Origin: Chlamydiales bacterium
GTDB taxonomy: Bacteria; Chlamydiota; Chlamydiia; Chlamydiales; JAAZZY01
Length of the DNA stretch: 64,000 bases
Direction of reading: 5' to 3'
Assembly (NCBI GenBank): GCA_965206695.1
Contig: CBDBKM010000001.1
Span: forward strand, 1 to 64,000
The position numbers and the translations under genes are program-made. Shown here piece after piece: positions 31,016 through 41,778 of this stretch. Under the pieces are notes generated by a model, which made no database searches, had not been told where the DNA came from, and saw only the letters and a program-made list of their open reading frames with translations. Numbering within the stretch: the stretch's first letter is position 1; every line of letters starts with the position of its first letter.

Positions 31016-31549
31016 GTGAATGCTTTCTTATTAATTTGTTGTCTTTCTATAGCAGCATTAGGAGCGGGTTTCCTTTGTCTTTTACATAAGGGTATTGATG
31101 AACTTTTTTTGAAATTTGGCTCTCAAAGGTCTCCTCAGCTAGATCCGCAAGCTATCAATATCTTACAAGATGCGGGTTATCAAGTTCGCAAACGTCATAA
31201 ACAACGTAGGGTGTCGATGTTTGTTGATGGAAGAAAAGTGAGTTTCGATATTTCTCCTGATGCTTTTGCTATGAAAGATAATCGCAATTATTTAGTTAAA
31301 GTGAGAAGAGGAGGGCCTGAAAATGATGTGACCCATCCTGAAATTCGCCGAGAGCTGATTGAAGACTTTCATAATTTCCCTGTTGATGGTATTTTATTAG
31401 TCAATTTAGATCGATATAATGTAAATAATATAAGATTTACTTATAAGGCATTACGGAAGACTAAATATTTTTTTATGATAATAATGGCTTTCTTTTTAGG
31501 GCTTTTATTTGCACTTATTCTATTGGAGTTTAAATCAAATGTCTCATAA
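31016..31549 (+). CDS. Membrane protein with two TM segments and a degenerate PD-(D/E)xK-like core
   Basis: Hydrophobic termini; PDAFAMKDNRNYLVKVRRG...RRELIE...DGILLV. Confidence 0.55.
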   Translation: MNAFLLICCLSIAALGAGFLCLLHKGIDELFLKFGSQRSPQLDPQAINILQDAGYQVRKRHKQRRVSMFVDGRKVSFDISPDAFAMKDNRNYLVKVRRGGPENDVTHPEIRRELIEDFHNFPVDGILLVNLDRYNVNNIRFTYKALRKTKYFFMIIMAFFLGLLFALILLEFKSNVS

Positions 31550-32099
31550 GAAAAAAGCGGTTTATGACTCTATAAGAAGTCACTGGGTGGCCGCATCGCC
31601 TGAAGAATATATTCGTCAGGCATGGGTTCAGAGGATGTATTCAGAACTCGGTTATCCCAAAGACTACCTGGCTATAGAAAAAAAATTATCAAGTCTTAAC
31701 CATTTGACAAGTAAAGATAATTGTCCTGATCGTCGACTCGATATTCTCTGTTTTGCGAAAAACATTCACACGAGTTACTCTTTATTTCCCCTTATTCTAG
31801 TGGAATGTAAAGCTCACAAATTAAATGATTCTTCCTTAAGACAAGTGGTAGGGTACAATCACTATGTTCACGCTCCTTTTATTGCTCTTGTCAATGATAC
31901 GGCGGTTCGCACCGGATGGTTTGATAAGAATGAAAAAAAATATCGCTTTGTAGAATATATGCCAATTTTTGAGGATCTGATCAATTCGATTCAAATTCGG
32001 GAAGTTATCGTTGAAGACTGCACGGATGCAGACGACCCGCGAGTGACAGTTGCGTATCGAAGAGGAGCAGAGAGGAACGAAAAGCGCGTTAATTGTTGA
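31539..32099 (+). CDS. Type I restriction HsdR N-terminal-domain protein
   Basis: PEEYIRQ, GYPK, RRLDIL, LVECKA, QVVGYN; the C-terminal tail may derive from the adjacent IS end. Confidence 0.8.
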   Translation: MSHKKKAVYDSIRSHWVAASPEEYIRQAWVQRMYSELGYPKDYLAIEKKLSSLNHLTSKDNCPDRRLDILCFAKNIHTSYSLFPLILVECKAHKLNDSSLRQVVGYNHYVHAPFIALVNDTAVRTGWFDKNEKKYRFVEYMPIFEDLINSIQIREVIVEDCTDADDPRVTVAYRRGAERNEKRVNC

Positions 32100-32150
32100 C
32101 GGTGGCGGTGCTTGTTGGATATACTAGCCGCTTAAAATAAAAAGTTTACA

Positions 32151-32942
32151 GTGAAAGCAGTCAAACTAAGATTTTATCCTACACTCAAGCAGAGACGGCA
32201 ACTTACAGAAGAATTTAGATCTTCTAAGTTTGTTTATAATTGGTCTTTAGCATACAGATCAAAATTTTATGAAAAAAAGAAAGAGTCTATTAATTGGATT
32301 GGTCTATCTCGTGAAATAACTAAGCTTAAAAAAGAAAAGCCCTTTTTAAGGAAGACAACGGGAACAGTTCATTGTAATATTTTAAAGGGTCCGGAATCCG
32401 GATATCAACGTTTTTTTCGTAAACAAGGAAAGTTTCCAAGGTTCAAGAGATTCAAAAGATCTTGTACCTATACACTTGACAAACGACAAACCAAAAACAT
32501 CTTCCAAGATAAAAAAATATTAAAACTTCCAAAACTTGGAAAAGTTAATGTTGTATGGTCTCAAGAAGTACCTATATTTCCAAATAGCGCTACTGTATCT
32601 GTAGATTCTGCTGATAGATAGTTTGTATCCTTACAGGTTGATTGTAAATGCGAAAAAGAGATTCCCTATACAATATCTGCTGTTGGAATAGATATGGGCC
32701 TTCATTATTATATCATAACAAGTGAAGGTGAAAAAATAAAATCGCCTAAAATATTAAGAAAAAACTTAAGGAAACTTAAAAAGAAAAGTAGATTTTTCTC
32801 TAAAAAAAAGAAGAGATCTAACAATAGATTAAAAGCACGTAAAAGGCTTGGAAAGCTTCATGCGCGAATAGCCGATAAGAGGCGAGACTTTTTGCATAAA
32901 TTGAGTACGACTATTGTTAAGAAGCACCAAACGGTGGCACTA
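32151..32942 (+). pseudogene. tnpB: TnpB (IS200/IS605) remnant: internal TAG at 32619, interrupted by IS630, C-terminus lost
   Basis: KLRFYPT, FVYNW, GKFPRFK, LPKLG, VGIDMG, RRDFLHKLST. Confidence 0.85.
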
Positions 32943-33877
32943 TAGTCGTTTAATTTTACATTGATAAGATTGCTTGATCAATGGCGAATGTAAAATTCGT
33001 AACTTTTCGTAATATCTCTCTAACTTTATTTTTCATATTAGCCCAATATTTTTCTATAGGATTTAAGTCCGGAGAATATGGAGGAAGAAACATAAGCTTA
33101 CAACCGGCAGATTCTACTATTTTCCTGCTTTCCGCTGACTTGTGAAAACCTGCATTGTCAAGAATAAGAACACTACCGGGTGTAAGCTGAGGAGTCAAAA
33201 CTTCCTTAAGCCAAATATTGAATAACCCGGTATTACAAGTACCTTCAAAACACATTGGAGATAAAAACTGCCCTTTAGATAGGGCTGAAATAATATTTTG
33301 CCTTATAAAGCGGTTTCCTGAAACCGCTCCAAAAACTTTTTTGCCGCGTAAGCTTCTTCCGGACTCACGAAATAAAAATTGATGAATCCCGGTTTCATCG
33401 AGATAAATTCTCTTGTCAAAGGGAATATTTTTTAAATCTTTCATAAAAGCTTCCCGTTTCTTTTCATCTCTTTCCTTATAGCGAGTAGTTTTTTTTTTCG
33501 TGTAATTTTTAATCTTTTAAGGGCATAAAAAATCGTTTGCGGAGTGACTGAAAAATAATCAGCAATTTCCGATAAAAAATAATCCGGATGTTTTTCTACA
33601 TATTTAGATAACAACTCATCATCTAATTTCTTATAAGCATATTTTCTGCGGATTGGCTTTAAATGTCCTTTTTGCTTTTTTTGCAAGATCCATCGATATA
33701 TTGTTGCGATACCTACTTGAAAAATATGGCCGGCTGTTTTTTTATCATGATGTTTTTCTATATGTTGTCATACTTTCTCTCGAAGATCTACTGAATAGGC
33801 TCTAGGCATTGTTTTGTCCTTATTGTTTGTATAAAAAAAGAAGGATAACATATTATCAAATAAAAATTAAAGTACTA
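32943..33877 (-). mobile_element. IS630-family element, near-identical to 28659..29593
   Basis: TA flanks, same IRs and ORFs, same TGA. Confidence 0.95.
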
Positions 33878-34010
33878 TAGCGGTAATGATAGGGACGTGT
33901 TGAAACAGGAAAAGCGCAATGAGAAAACCCGCACGATGCGGGTAGTTGAGTCAATCAACGATTTCGAATGTTAGCCGCCGTCTCCGAGATAGAAGCTATT
34001 GATATGGTCG

Positions 34011-35564
34011 TTAAAATCCATGATCTCCACCAATAATCCCACCGGGATTTTCGAAGAAGTAGAAAGTTGTTAAATAGGGACTATCACTTTTGATGGTACA
34101 CCAGCCCGGAAAGTAATTAAGGAACTGTTTGATCTCCTGATCGGGTTTAAATAAATACGATCCTTGAGGAGCTAAAGATAGGTTGCGCCGGATGGTTTGA
34201 TCATCTTGTTGTCGATAGAAATTAAGCGTTAAATTAGCTTGCGTTGTCCATGTTTGTTTTTGAGAGCTATTTAATAGCCAGATAGATGATTCATTATGAT
34301 CATGACAAATAGGGGACCAGCGGAAAGCAGAGGGTTTAGATTCTAAAGAAGGGTTGGCAGGTTGCATATTAACGCAGATATTACAAGGAAGGCCTTTGGA
34401 TTCAATACCAATATCAAGACCGATTTTGATGCGGGTTGGAAGTGGAGCTCGCTCTCTTGGCCTTGCAATGAGCCGTGCTGTAAGTGTTTGATCAGTATTG
34501 ATATCAAATTCCTCAACGATCGGTTTTATTTCTAGCCGGCTCAAATTAGTCTCTGATAGGACCATAGCTGCTTCTTTAAATGCCAGTAAATGTCCCCGGG
34601 TATCTCTAATCTCAACGTCAATAAGAAGTGTTGTAGGAGATAAAATGGGATAGAAATTGACATTTGTAAAATAGTGATCGTGAACTTTTAAAGGGATCAT
34701 AAGGGTAGAAGGATAGTATTCTTTATCCGTATTTTGCCAGTAATCAGTATCAGAATCTAAGTGACTTAAGTCATAGTAAGTATGAGTCACATTTATGATA
34801 GAGTGAGAATGATTGATATTTCCGACAATTAGTCTGGGAAAGGTACCATTAGAAGCAAAATCTAATTTCATTGTACCCGGAAGATTTTTTAAGAACTTTC
34901 TTAAATCGACATGTTCAGATGGATACAGTATCGTGGTACTATAAGGCTCGGAGGAAGGAAGAAAAATTTCATAATCGAGTTGTTCTTTATAGGCATTAAA
35001 GAAACTCATTTTGCTACTTCCGGGTTCTAATTTTTTTGAGCCGTTAATCAAAGAGATAAAGGGGAGAAAATCTTCAGTAGCATAAATATTAAATCCCCCT
35101 TCAGGCACCCGGGTTTGGTTGTTTATAATGAAGTCTTCAGTATCGTTATAAATGCGTTGTGCTGAGTGAACAACAACACTTGAATTATCCCCATAGTAAT
35201 TAACAACCACTGCGGGGTATGGAAACCGCAAGTTTTGCGCAGAGAGAAATTCAATTTCGATACTACCTAAAAAGGATGCGGTATGTTTAGGTAAATAATC
35301 GATTAACTCTATTAGATATGCTTTAGGTTTATCGATAATGGACTCTTTTTGAGAAATAATCACTCCATTTTTAGAACGGAGTGTGATGCGATATTCGAGA
35401 AAAGAGATCTTATTTTTAAGATCCCAGTAATTTAGAAAGAGGAGTCTTGAGGTAAGGGTGTTACTATGAAAGACAGGGAAAATGGCAGAAGATCGATGGC
35501 AAGTTGTTGATGCTGATTGCAAAGAACGGTTTGTTAAATGAGAATAATAACTTTTCATTATCAA
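34011..35564 (-). CDS. Hypothetical 517-aa protein, coupled to the Rieske gene
   Basis: Long open frame overlapping the upstream stop; ends GGDHGF. Confidence 0.75.
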   Translation of the reverse strand: MIMKSYYSHLTNRSLQSASTTCHRSSAIFPVFHSNTLTSRLLFLNYWDLKNKISFLEYRITLRSKNGVIISQKESIIDKPKAYLIELIDYLPKHTASFLGSIEIEFLSAQNLRFPYPAVVVNYYGDNSSVVVHSAQRIYNDTEDFIINNQTRVPEGGFNIYATEDFLPFISLINGSKKLEPGSSKMSFFNAYKEQLDYEIFLPSSEPYSTTILYPSEHVDLRKFLKNLPGTMKLDFASNGTFPRLIVGNINHSHSIINVTHTYYDLSHLDSDTDYWQNTDKEYYPSTLMIPLKVHDHYFTNVNFYPILSPTTLLIDVEIRDTRGHLLAFKEAAMVLSETNLSRLEIKPIVEEFDINTDQTLTARLIARPRERAPLPTRIKIGLDIGIESKGLPCNICVNMQPANPSLESKPSAFRWSPICHDHNESSIWLLNSSQKQTWTTQANLTLNFYRQQDDQTIRRNLSLAPQGSYLFKPDQEIKQFLNYFPGWCTIKSDSPYLTTFYFFENPGGIIGGDHGF

Positions 35565-35893
35565 TTAGATATATCAACGTAAATATCTTCGCTTTTTAAT
35601 GTAACCGGGTAGCAAGTAGCATCTTCACCACCGGTAAGGCATTCTCCATTGGAGATATCAAAACGCCGGCCATGCCAAGGACATGTAACTTCTCTTTCTT
35701 CAATCTCACCTTCACCTAACGGACCTCCCATATGAGGACATTCCGCATTAAGAGCAAAGATCTTACCATCCAAATTAAATAAGGCTATTTCATTTCCATT
35801 TGGTCCTTGTACCGTAATGGCCGAACCCAAAGGAATATCTGATTTGACAGCTAACTTGATTAACATAATCATCCGGAAATAAATATTTGTCAA
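35561..35893 (-). CDS. Rieske [2Fe-2S] ferredoxin (true start probably a few codons in)
   Basis: CPHMGGPL and CPWHG. Confidence 0.92.
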   Translation of the reverse strand: MTNIYFRMIMLIKLAVKSDIPLGSAITVQGPNGNEIALFNLDGKIFALNAECPHMGGPLGEGEIEEREVTCPWHGRRFDISNGECLTGGEDATCYPVTLKSEDIYVDISN

Positions 35894-36207
35894 AAGTATA
35901 CGTTTAAAGATAGAAATTGCTCAAGTAATTCCTATATAAATCTTACCTTAATAAGGTGTATTTTTCTGGAAAAGATCTAAGCGTTTACTTATTATACCTT
36001 TTAGTAAAGTGCCGAGGATGTTCGCTTAGAAGAGCCTCTTACTTTGAATTGTGTTTTAAACCGGAAAAATTGACTAATTAATTTTTTTGATCATAAAAAT
36101 ACGATAAGCTAAAGTTTTTGGTGTCTTATTTTGCCGAAAAGAAATTTTAATTATATAAGAATGCGTTATCAATAGTTGTCCCGTTTAGGAAAGGATCTGG
36201 TTGTCAT

Positions 36208-37755
36208 ATGCAAGAAATACTTTTGAATATAGAATCGAAAGAAATCCGTTGTGCTCATTTAAAAAATGGACACCTACATGATCTTATTGTCGAAAGAAAA
36301 AAAGAAAGGCAACTTACAGGTAATATTTACCGGGGACGAGTAACCAATATTTTACATAATATTCAGTCTGCTTTTATCGATATTAATGAAGGTGAAAATG
36401 GTTTTATTCATATCTCAGATATTTTGGAGAATATAAAAAAATTCGAAGAAATTTTTGATATGGATTTTGATATTGATGAAGGGAGCTCTTCAAAAACGTC
36501 AGGAAAGAAAGGTAAGGAAAAAAATAAAGATATTGAACAGGTAATGAAAATTGATCAACCGGTTCTAGTGCAAGTGATAAAAGAACCAATTGGTACAAAA
36601 GGGGCTCGCCTAACATCAAAGATTTCTATTGCCGGTAGATATCTTGTTTTACTGCCTAATGCTCCCTTAAGGGGAGTTTCTAGAAAGATCGAGGATTTTC
36701 ATGAAAGAGATAAGCTTAAAAAGTTGATTAGAGCTTTTGAAATGCCACAAGACATGGGCCTTATTTGTCGTACGGCTAGCCGCTATGCTTCTCAAGAGAT
36801 GTTGATTGCAGAGGCCAATGATTTATTAAAAAGCTGGCAAGAAATAATGGAGAAGTTTAATCAATCAGATAAACCGACATGCTTATATCAAGAATCGGAT
36901 CTTATAAAAAGAGCGGTTATGACAGCTGTAGATAAACGGTTCGCTCGCCTACTTGTTGACGATTATTCTACATTTCAAAAATGCAAACGCATTTATCACA
37001 AATATTCGCAAGAGCATAATTTAAAGATCGAATTGTATAGAGACAAAGTGCCAATGTATGAGCGCTTTGCAGTTGAAAGAGAGATAGATAAAGCATTATG
37101 TCGCAAAATCTGGTTACCTGGTGGAGGATATCTTTTCTTCGAATACACTGAGGCTATGATTACAATTGATGTCAACTCCGGAAGAAGTACAAATAGTGAT
37201 TCCAACTTAGAAGAGACGCTTGTACGCATTAATATGGAAGCTGCTGAAGAAATAGCTCGTCAACTTAGGCTTCGTAATACCGGCGGATTGGTGATCTGTG
37301 ATTTCATTGACATGCGGACTAGAAAAAATCAAAGAAGGGTCTTAGAGTGCCTTAGAGAATCTATGAAAGAAGATGCTGCTAAATGTACTATTTTAGGCAT
37401 GAGTGAGTTTGGTCTGGTTGAAATGACTCGTCAGCGTAGTCGTGAATCATTAATGCAAACAATGTTTAATGGGTGTCCTTACTGTAATGGTAGTGGAAGA
37501 ATAAAAAATTTTGAATCGATCTCAATTGAAATTGAGCGGTCGTTAAAAAAAATAATCGAAGTTGATCAACAGTTTGCTTTGCGACTAGTGACACATCCTC
37601 AAGTAGATCACTATTTAAATGTGATTGATAAGCATTTTTTACAGAAAACAGCTGAAAAAATGCAAGCCCGATTAGAATTTGATTTAGATGATGCTCTCCA
37701 TCTCAATGAATTCAAATTTTTTTCGACAATAAATGGCAAAATATTTGAAGTTTAA
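36208..37755 (+). CDS. rng: Ribonuclease E/G
   Basis: GNIYRGRV, KEPIGTKGARLT, IDVNSG, DFIDM, GLVEMTRQR. Confidence 0.95.
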   Translation: MQEILLNIESKEIRCAHLKNGHLHDLIVERKKERQLTGNIYRGRVTNILHNIQSAFIDINEGENGFIHISDILENIKKFEEIFDMDFDIDEGSSSKTSGKKGKEKNKDIEQVMKIDQPVLVQVIKEPIGTKGARLTSKISIAGRYLVLLPNAPLRGVSRKIEDFHERDKLKKLIRAFEMPQDMGLICRTASRYASQEMLIAEANDLLKSWQEIMEKFNQSDKPTCLYQESDLIKRAVMTAVDKRFARLLVDDYSTFQKCKRIYHKYSQEHNLKIELYRDKVPMYERFAVEREIDKALCRKIWLPGGGYLFFEYTEAMITIDVNSGRSTNSDSNLEETLVRINMEAAEEIARQLRLRNTGGLVICDFIDMRTRKNQRRVLECLRESMKEDAAKCTILGMSEFGLVEMTRQRSRESLMQTMFNGCPYCNGSGRIKNFESISIEIERSLKKIIEVDQQFALRLVTHPQVDHYLNVIDKHFLQKTAEKMQARLEFDLDDALHLNEFKFFSTINGKIFEV

Positions 37756-37775
37756 TTAACGATATTAAGCATATT

Positions 37776-38798
37776 ATGGAAGAATTTTATTCTAAAATAG
37801 ACGGATATTATCAAGAAGGAGTGCTCGATAAACACCATACACAGGTTTTAAAAAAGTTTTTCTGCAGTTATGAAGCAGCTCTAGCTTTTCATGGGATTGA
37901 TGTTACATGCTCTATCCTTGATACTTTTTATAAATATTTAGATTTACTTGTTTTGAATTTGAAATCACCTTTTGTTTTTGAGCCCTATCATCAAAGGATT
38001 TTAAAACCTATCAACTATCATCAGTTTGGTCTAGAGTTTTTTCGTCCTTTAATTGAAAAAAAATCATCTGAGTATGTTGGCGCTAAAAATATTGAGAAAA
38101 TGATTAAGCAAATAGAAAATGGAGAAAACGTCATTTTATTTGCTAATCACCAAACGGAAAGCGACCCTCAAGCTATCAATTTATTGTGTGAAGATTCATT
38201 TTCTGATTTTGCAGCCAATATGATCTTTGTTGCAGGAGAAAGAGTGACTGCAGATCCTCTTGCTATTCCTTTTAGTAAGGGATGTAATCTAATATGTATC
38301 TATTCAAAAAAGCATATTAATAATCCTCCGGAATTAAAACAGAAAAAACAAATGCATAACAAGCGTACCATGCAGATGATGAGTACACTTTTAGGTCAAG
38401 GGGGCAAATGCATTTATGTAGCTCCCAGTGGTGGAAGAGATAGGCCAAATGAAGAGGGTGAATTTGAAGTCACTCCCTTTGACCCTCAAAGCATTGAAAT
38501 GTTTTACTTGATGGCAAAACGGTCAGGAATACCTACTTATTTTTATACTTTGTCATTATTAACTTATAATCTTTTCCCGCCACCTGATACAGTGGAAATT
38601 GAATTAGGCGAAAAACGAACGGCCAAACGTGTAGGCATTTATGCTTATTTTAGTGAGGAATATGATATGGATGCTTTTCCGGGTTGTGATCCAACCAACA
38701 AATTAAATCAGCGTCATGCTCGTGGAGAGTATTTGTGGAAACAAGTCAATGATCATTATCAAACATTAAAAGAGATCGCTATGAAGTATGTATCTTAA
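37776..38798 (+). CDS. plsB: Glycerol-3-phosphate acyltransferase (plant plastid-type)
   Basis: ANHQTESDP, AGERVTADP, YVAPSGGRDR. Confidence 0.88.
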   Translation: MEEFYSKIDGYYQEGVLDKHHTQVLKKFFCSYEAALAFHGIDVTCSILDTFYKYLDLLVLNLKSPFVFEPYHQRILKPINYHQFGLEFFRPLIEKKSSEYVGAKNIEKMIKQIENGENVILFANHQTESDPQAINLLCEDSFSDFAANMIFVAGERVTADPLAIPFSKGCNLICIYSKKHINNPPELKQKKQMHNKRTMQMMSTLLGQGGKCIYVAPSGGRDRPNEEGEFEVTPFDPQSIEMFYLMAKRSGIPTYFYTLSLLTYNLFPPPDTVEIELGEKRTAKRVGIYAYFSEEYDMDAFPGCDPTNKLNQRHARGEYLWKQVNDHYQTLKEIAMKYVS

Positions 38799-38809
38799 AA
38801 GGGAGAAAA

Positions 38810-41764
38810 ATGAGATCTATGAAAACAACTTTTGCTATGGCAGCTATTTTGAATATGGTTTTAGCTTCCACTCTTTTTGCTAAAGCACGAGCTTCCTCTG
38901 ATTATACCACGATAGAAAATAAGGCAAAAGTTGAGATCTTAACTCCTTCTTTGTCAAATATTGAACGAAAGAAAATACAATTAAATAATGGCTTAAAAGT
39001 CTATCTTGTTTCCGATCCTAGCGCAGATAAATCCGGTGTAGCCTTGTCAGTTGAAGTAGGTTTTTGGGAAGATCCAAAGAATCATGCCGGCATGGCTCAT
39101 TTTTTAGAGCACATGCTTTTTTTAGGAACAGAAAAGTATCCTGAAGAGGGTGCATTTCAGAAGTATGTTGGTGAAAATAGTGGTATGGCAAATGCTTCGA
39201 CTTCAAGCAATCGAACTGTTTACGAATTTCAAATTAATAACGAGGCTTTTGCGGTTGGGTTAGATCGATTTTCACAATTTTTTATTCACCCTCTTTTCAA
39301 TCCTTCCGGAGTCGATCGTGAGATGCATGCTGTGGATCAAGAGCTGGCATCTATAGCTGAAAATGATAACATAAGATTATATGCGGTTACTTTAGCATTA
39401 GGAAATCCAAGTCATCCTAACTCAACCTTTGGTTGCGGTAATCTTCAAACTTTATCTGAAATTACTCAAAAAGAACTTATTGAGTGGTATAAGAAGTATT
39501 ACAGCGCGAACATCATGAATTTATCCGTCTATTCGAACTTACCGATGAGTCAGTTGGTTGCAATGGTTGTTAAGGATTTCGCTTTAATTCCTAATAGGCA
39601 TGTTACCGTTCCTCAATGGAAAGAACCCCTCACCAATAGCAAAAATGCCGGCGATATGGTCTATATATCCCCGGTTAAAGATATAAGACGCTTGTTTATG
39701 CTGTGGGAATTATCACCCGAATTTGCTCATGATATGGATTACCATACAACTCAACTCGTCGGCTTCCTTTTAAGGAATCAAGATACGAATAGCTTGTATA
39801 CCCTTTTGAAAGAAAAAGGGTTAATTAATGACCTCAATGCATGGGGAGAAGAAATACATTTTGCTCATGCTCTGTTCTTTTTGGAAATAGATCTTACGGA
39901 TAAAGGAGTCAAAGAAGTTGATAGGGTTATTGAGTATTGTTATCAGGCTATTAATACGATTAAAGACAAAAACATTCCTAATTATCTAAGCCAAGAATTA
40001 AAAGAGATGGCAATGGTTCATTATGAATATCAATCTAGAAAAAATGTATTCAACCAAGTTCAAAAAAGTGCGATTGAAATGATATATGAGGATTTGTCAA
40101 CGTATCCTGAAAAATCCGGATGGGCAACAAAATTCGATTCTAAAAGAGCAAATACATTACTAAATGAGCTGGTTCCTAATAAATGCCTGTATCTCCTGAA
40201 CGCTAGGCCGGAATTGACAAACGTTGAGCCTGATCGTGAAGAAAAGTGGACTCATGCTCCTTATAAGGTTAAATCAATACCTAAAGCCCGGCTTTTAGCT
40301 TGGTCTGAAGCTCCGAAAAATTCACATATCATGATACCGCGAAGAAACCCATTTATTCCCGAGAATCTAAAGCCGGTCAATCATGTCGTTTTTGATAATA
40401 AACAACCGATACCACAATTATTGGTGCATAATGATTTTGCTCAAGTATACTATGTTCCGGATAATAATTTTGGTGTTCCGGAGATTGACTGGAAGATGTA
40501 TTTAAATACTCCATCCTTTAGGTCTAGCCCTCAACAAAAGGTTCTCATTGATCTATATATCACAAGTGTTAATGAGGGATTAACATCTTATGCCTATATG
40601 GCAAGTGTTGCGGGGATGAATTATTCACTTACTGCAGATCCGGAGTTAGGTTTAAAATTAAGTATAACAGGCTATAGTGAAAAGGCGCCCCTTTTTCTTA
40701 AAGAAATTCTGAGCGTTTTAAAGTCCGTTCATCCTACGGAAGAAGAATTTAAAATTTATAAAACTCTTTTATCTAAAAGGTATGCTAATGCGCTTAAAGA
40801 AACCCCTGTTAGGCAAGCTCTTGATATTGTAAGCAATATTCTTTATAAGGACCTTGTTTCACCTGCAGATAAATTCTCGGTTATTCAAGATATAAAATAT
40901 GCTGATCTGCTGGATTTCATTAACCAAGCGTATGATGAGTTATATATAAGAGGTTTATTATATGGCAATATTACTGAAAAAGAGGCCAAATGTGTGTTTG
41001 ATGAGGTCGACCATACTTTCTTAGATTCGAATGTCTATCCCATCGGCAGGCAACCGATGAGAGGAATTATCGACTTAGCACAAGAAACAAAGCCTCAATC
41101 TATTACAAAAACGATTGATTTAAATGGTAATGCAACAGTATTGCTGATTGGTGAAGGCTCATTTTCATTTGAAAAAAGAGCAGCTCAACAAATTATGCAG
41201 AAAGCTATTAAAAGCCCTTTTTTTGATACTTTAAGAACTAAACAGCAAACAGGATATGCTGTTTTTAGCACTAGCCTAGAATCAGAAAGACAATTATTTA
41301 GTTATTTTGCTGTTCAATCTAATACACATTCTCCAAGAGATCTTTTGTCTCGTTTCGAATTATTCAATGAAGAATTTATACAAGAACTCAATTCTAAAGA
41401 ATTTACCGCTAAAGAATTTGAAGGTATCAAGAAGGCTGAAATCATTGATTTAAGACAACCGCCTAAGAATTTGTATGAGATGGCAGGTAGATTGGCTCTG
41501 TTAGCTTTTTATTATGGTGCAGATTTTGAATGGATAAATAAGCGCATTCAAGGACTAGAAGCATTAACTTATTCCGAATATATCGATTTTGTAAATAAGT
41601 ATTTAAATCGTGATAATATGATGCGTATCTCTATACTTATAGAAGGGGAGAAGTCGGATCAAAATCGTCTTAATTACAATGAAAGCAATGACATTGACAA
41701 GCTCAGAGAAGATAGTGTTTATACCACAAGGGATGCGGTTCAATACACATTTGTAGAGCACTAA
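38810..41764 (+). CDS. ptr: Insulinase/pitrilysin M16 metalloprotease with signal peptide
   Basis: GMAHFLEHMLFLG (HxxEH), FDTLRTKQQTGY. Confidence 0.92.
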   Translation: MRSMKTTFAMAAILNMVLASTLFAKARASSDYTTIENKAKVEILTPSLSNIERKKIQLNNGLKVYLVSDPSADKSGVALSVEVGFWEDPKNHAGMAHFLEHMLFLGTEKYPEEGAFQKYVGENSGMANASTSSNRTVYEFQINNEAFAVGLDRFSQFFIHPLFNPSGVDREMHAVDQELASIAENDNIRLYAVTLALGNPSHPNSTFGCGNLQTLSEITQKELIEWYKKYYSANIMNLSVYSNLPMSQLVAMVVKDFALIPNRHVTVPQWKEPLTNSKNAGDMVYISPVKDIRRLFMLWELSPEFAHDMDYHTTQLVGFLLRNQDTNSLYTLLKEKGLINDLNAWGEEIHFAHALFFLEIDLTDKGVKEVDRVIEYCYQAINTIKDKNIPNYLSQELKEMAMVHYEYQSRKNVFNQVQKSAIEMIYEDLSTYPEKSGWATKFDSKRANTLLNELVPNKCLYLLNARPELTNVEPDREEKWTHAPYKVKSIPKARLLAWSEAPKNSHIMIPRRNPFIPENLKPVNHVVFDNKQPIPQLLVHNDFAQVYYVPDNNFGVPEIDWKMYLNTPSFRSSPQQKVLIDLYITSVNEGLTSYAYMASVAGMNYSLTADPELGLKLSITGYSEKAPLFLKEILSVLKSVHPTEEEFKIYKTLLSKRYANALKETPVRQALDIVSNILYKDLVSPADKFSVIQDIKYADLLDFINQAYDELYIRGLLYGNITEKEAKCVFDEVDHTFLDSNVYPIGRQPMRGIIDLAQETKPQSITKTIDLNGNATVLLIGEGSFSFEKRAAQQIMQKAIKSPFFDTLRTKQQTGYAVFSTSLESERQLFSYFAVQSNTHSPRDLLSRFELFNEEFIQELNSKEFTAKEFEGIKKAEIIDLRQPPKNLYEMAGRLALLAFYYGADFEWINKRIQGLEALTYSEYIDFVNKYLNRDNMMRISILIEGEKSDQNRLNYNESNDIDKLREDSVYTTRDAVQYTFVEH

Positions 41765-41778
41765 TTTTTGTCTGAATC

